Source of the DNA: Leptospirales bacterium
GTDB lineage: Bacteria > Spirochaetota > Leptospiria > Turneriellales > JAOUFE01
Reading direction: 5' to 3'
Assembly (NCBI GenBank): GCA_040326155.1
Contig: JBEQLE010000079.1
Span: 1 to 18,242, forward strand
Length of the DNA: 18,242 nucleotides
Part shown: positions 16,514 through 18,242 of the stretch, in pieces
Layout of the letters: each line of letters begins with the position of its first letter
How positions within the stretch are numbered: position 1 is the first letter of the stretch
Made by a program: the position numbers and the translations under genes
Notes under the pieces: generated by a model
What the model was told of the DNA's origin: nothing
Databases searched by the model: none
The model's input: only the letters and a program-made list of their open reading frames with translations

Positions 16514-18238
16514 ATGTTCGTTCGCGTGGCATGGTATATGCCGAGTTCAGAAATTATTATTACGGGCGAGAAAGCCGAATACACTCTAAAGTCTATAGAT
16601 GGGCAATATTCCATCAGCTTTCGCGATGAAAAGAAAAATAAGCAACGACCTGTAAATAGTGCAAGAGATCCTAAAAGAGAGTCGGACCGTCTTCTCGGTT
16701 CTTTTTGCCTGAAAGAGGGGCTTATTGCGCTTGTTCAAGGTGGAGCGGCTCTTAATTCGCTTGAGACACTGGTACACCAGAAAAAACAACATGGTGGGTT
16801 AATTATAGCGGTAGAAAGTGACAATATGTTGGCTAAAACCCTGCAAAATGAATTTCCGTCTATTTTTTCTCAGGTATTATTTATTTATCCGGAATGTGGT
16901 TTTGATATAAATGATGTTTTAGAAGAAATTGAAATAGAAAATGTAGCCGGATATCGCTCTTTTTCACTGCAAGGCTCCGTGCAAATGGACAACCAGTATT
17001 ATTCGAGTGTGTTTGCAGATTTTAATAAAAGTTTTTCTTCGAGAGTTTCAGATCTGTTGACTCGAATTGAATTTGAACCCAGGTGGATAACCAACGCTCT
17101 GGTCAATTCAGGTAGAATAAAAAATGCAATATTTGCCAATCAGGTTTTCGGGTCGGGGAAGGGGTATCATGCGGCTCTAATTTCATCAGGACCGAGTTTA
17201 CGAAGTTCTATAGATGTATTAAAACAAAACCGTGATAACTTTTTTGTGGCGGTGGTAGATTCTGCCTACAGGGTTTTACTGCGTCATGGCATAACTCCCG
17301 ATTTAGTTTTTAGTCTCGATTCTCAGGGATATACGTTGCGACACATCTGTGGATTACCACAGGGGAATAAAGGTCAACCTCCGTTTTTATATGCCGACCT
17401 GGTTTCTAACCCGCAGCTTCTTTACCGGTGGAAGGGACCGCTTATACTCGGAACTACTGCTCAGTATTCTGGTGAGCGTCGCGTAGTTACCCCCGGTTGT
17501 GACTACATTGAAGATAATCTAGACCTTCGTTTTGGTGACGTCCAGTCGGGTGGGTCGGTGGCCACCTCTTTGTTCGATCTATTACGCACAATGGAATTTG
17601 ACTCGATTACTTTATTCGGGCAAGACCTTGCGTTTACACATCGTGAAATTCATACCATGGGAACCCACCATACCGATCTATGGCTTTCGAAAAATACAGA
17701 CAGGTTAAACTCGCTGGAAAATATTAGCCACAAGGTAATGCGGAAACGAAAGATACACTGGGAAAAGTCCAACGCGGGTGAAGAGATACCGGTGGATTAT
17801 GTTCTATCGTTATATCGTCATTGGTTTGAAAAGGCGATTGAAAAATTATCGATTCCGGTTTACATGGCTTCTGATCTGGGCGCAAAAGTAGAAGGTACGA
17901 TTATGGGTATTCCCGATATAAAAAGTAAATCTGTAGAGGTAATAAAAAAGTTGGTTCGTATTTCCGAAAAATCGCATGAAACTAAAAATAAAACTGAAAA
18001 TCGGGCCCTTGATTTGTTTAATTCCATATTAAAGTCACAATATAATGCCGGACTTATAAAAACATTTTCTTTTTTACATAAAATTGGAAGGAAATTAATT
18101 ATAAAGCAAAATAGAGAGAGTGTTTCTGCCGCTGAGCAGACAATGGATTATGAAAAAGAGATAGAACAAGAAAGAGAAGTTTTCTGGGGTCGTTTACAAA
18201 AGAAAATTAAAATATATAAAGCAAAGGCGCAGTTTTAA
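16514..18238 (+). CDS. MAF_flag10/DUF115 family protein (motility-associated factor glycosyltransferase or MptE-like)
   Basis: SSGPSL, VDSA...L...GITPDLV.SLD, GGSVAT, FGQDLAF family motifs. Start is uncertain (16514 or 16538). Confidence 0.82.
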   Translation: MFVRVAWYMPSSEIIITGEKAEYTLKSIDGQYSISFRDEKKNKQRPVNSARDPKRESDRLLGSFCLKEGLIALVQGGAALNSLETLVHQKKQHGGLIIAVESDNMLAKTLQNEFPSIFSQVLFIYPECGFDINDVLEEIEIENVAGYRSFSLQGSVQMDNQYYSSVFADFNKSFSSRVSDLLTRIEFEPRWITNALVNSGRIKNAIFANQVFGSGKGYHAALISSGPSLRSSIDVLKQNRDNFFVAVVDSAYRVLLRHGITPDLVFSLDSQGYTLRHICGLPQGNKGQPPFLYADLVSNPQLLYRWKGPLILGTTAQYSGERRVVTPGCDYIEDNLDLRFGDVQSGGSVATSLFDLLRTMEFDSITLFGQDLAFTHREIHTMGTHHTDLWLSKNTDRLNSLENISHKVMRKRKIHWEKSNAGEEIPVDYVLSLYRHWFEKAIEKLSIPVYMASDLGAKVEGTIMGIPDIKSKSVEVIKKLVRISEKSHETKNKTENRALDLFNSILKSQYNAGLIKTFSFLHKIGRKLIIKQNRESVSAAEQTMDYEKEIEQEREVFWGRLQKKIKIYKAKAQF

Positions 18239-18242
18239 ACCG

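Noticed and set aside
2780..16792. The many 60-112 aa ORFs nested in or antisense to the called genes
   Set aside because: Shadow ORFs of well-supported genes with no motifs of their own.
1..18242. CRISPR array, tRNA/rRNA genes, or an intact transposase/integrase
   Set aside because: No regularly spaced repeats, cloverleaf or rRNA signatures, or recombinase ORF were seen within the window.

Overview
Bacterial chromosomal window whose gene set and sequences look like a Leptospirales-type spirochaete (Leptospira-type citramalate synthase, short SMC, large cNMP-fold protein, MAF/DUF115 protein); the taxonomy is inferred from recall, not from a search. Bases ~2650-18242 are mostly housekeeping genes: 2Fe-2S ferredoxin, HAD phosphatase, a minus-strand operon (cNMP-fold protein, gamma-carbonic anhydrase, two CNNM/CBS proteins), a plus-strand operon (cimA, nadK, OsmC, folC), smc and a MAF/MptE-like gene. 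Bases 1-2650 look accessory. They hold a ~215-nt densely structured minus-strand leader in front of a gene cut off by the window edge (best hypothesis: IS110-family left end with a bridge-RNA-like ncRNA), a VapBC pair whose toxin carries two disabling lesions, and an apparently leaderless SAM methyltransferase with a LysR-type box but no adjacent lysR gene. The structured RNA at 27-238 is the most interesting feature, but its partner gene lies outside the window, so its identity cannot be settled here.
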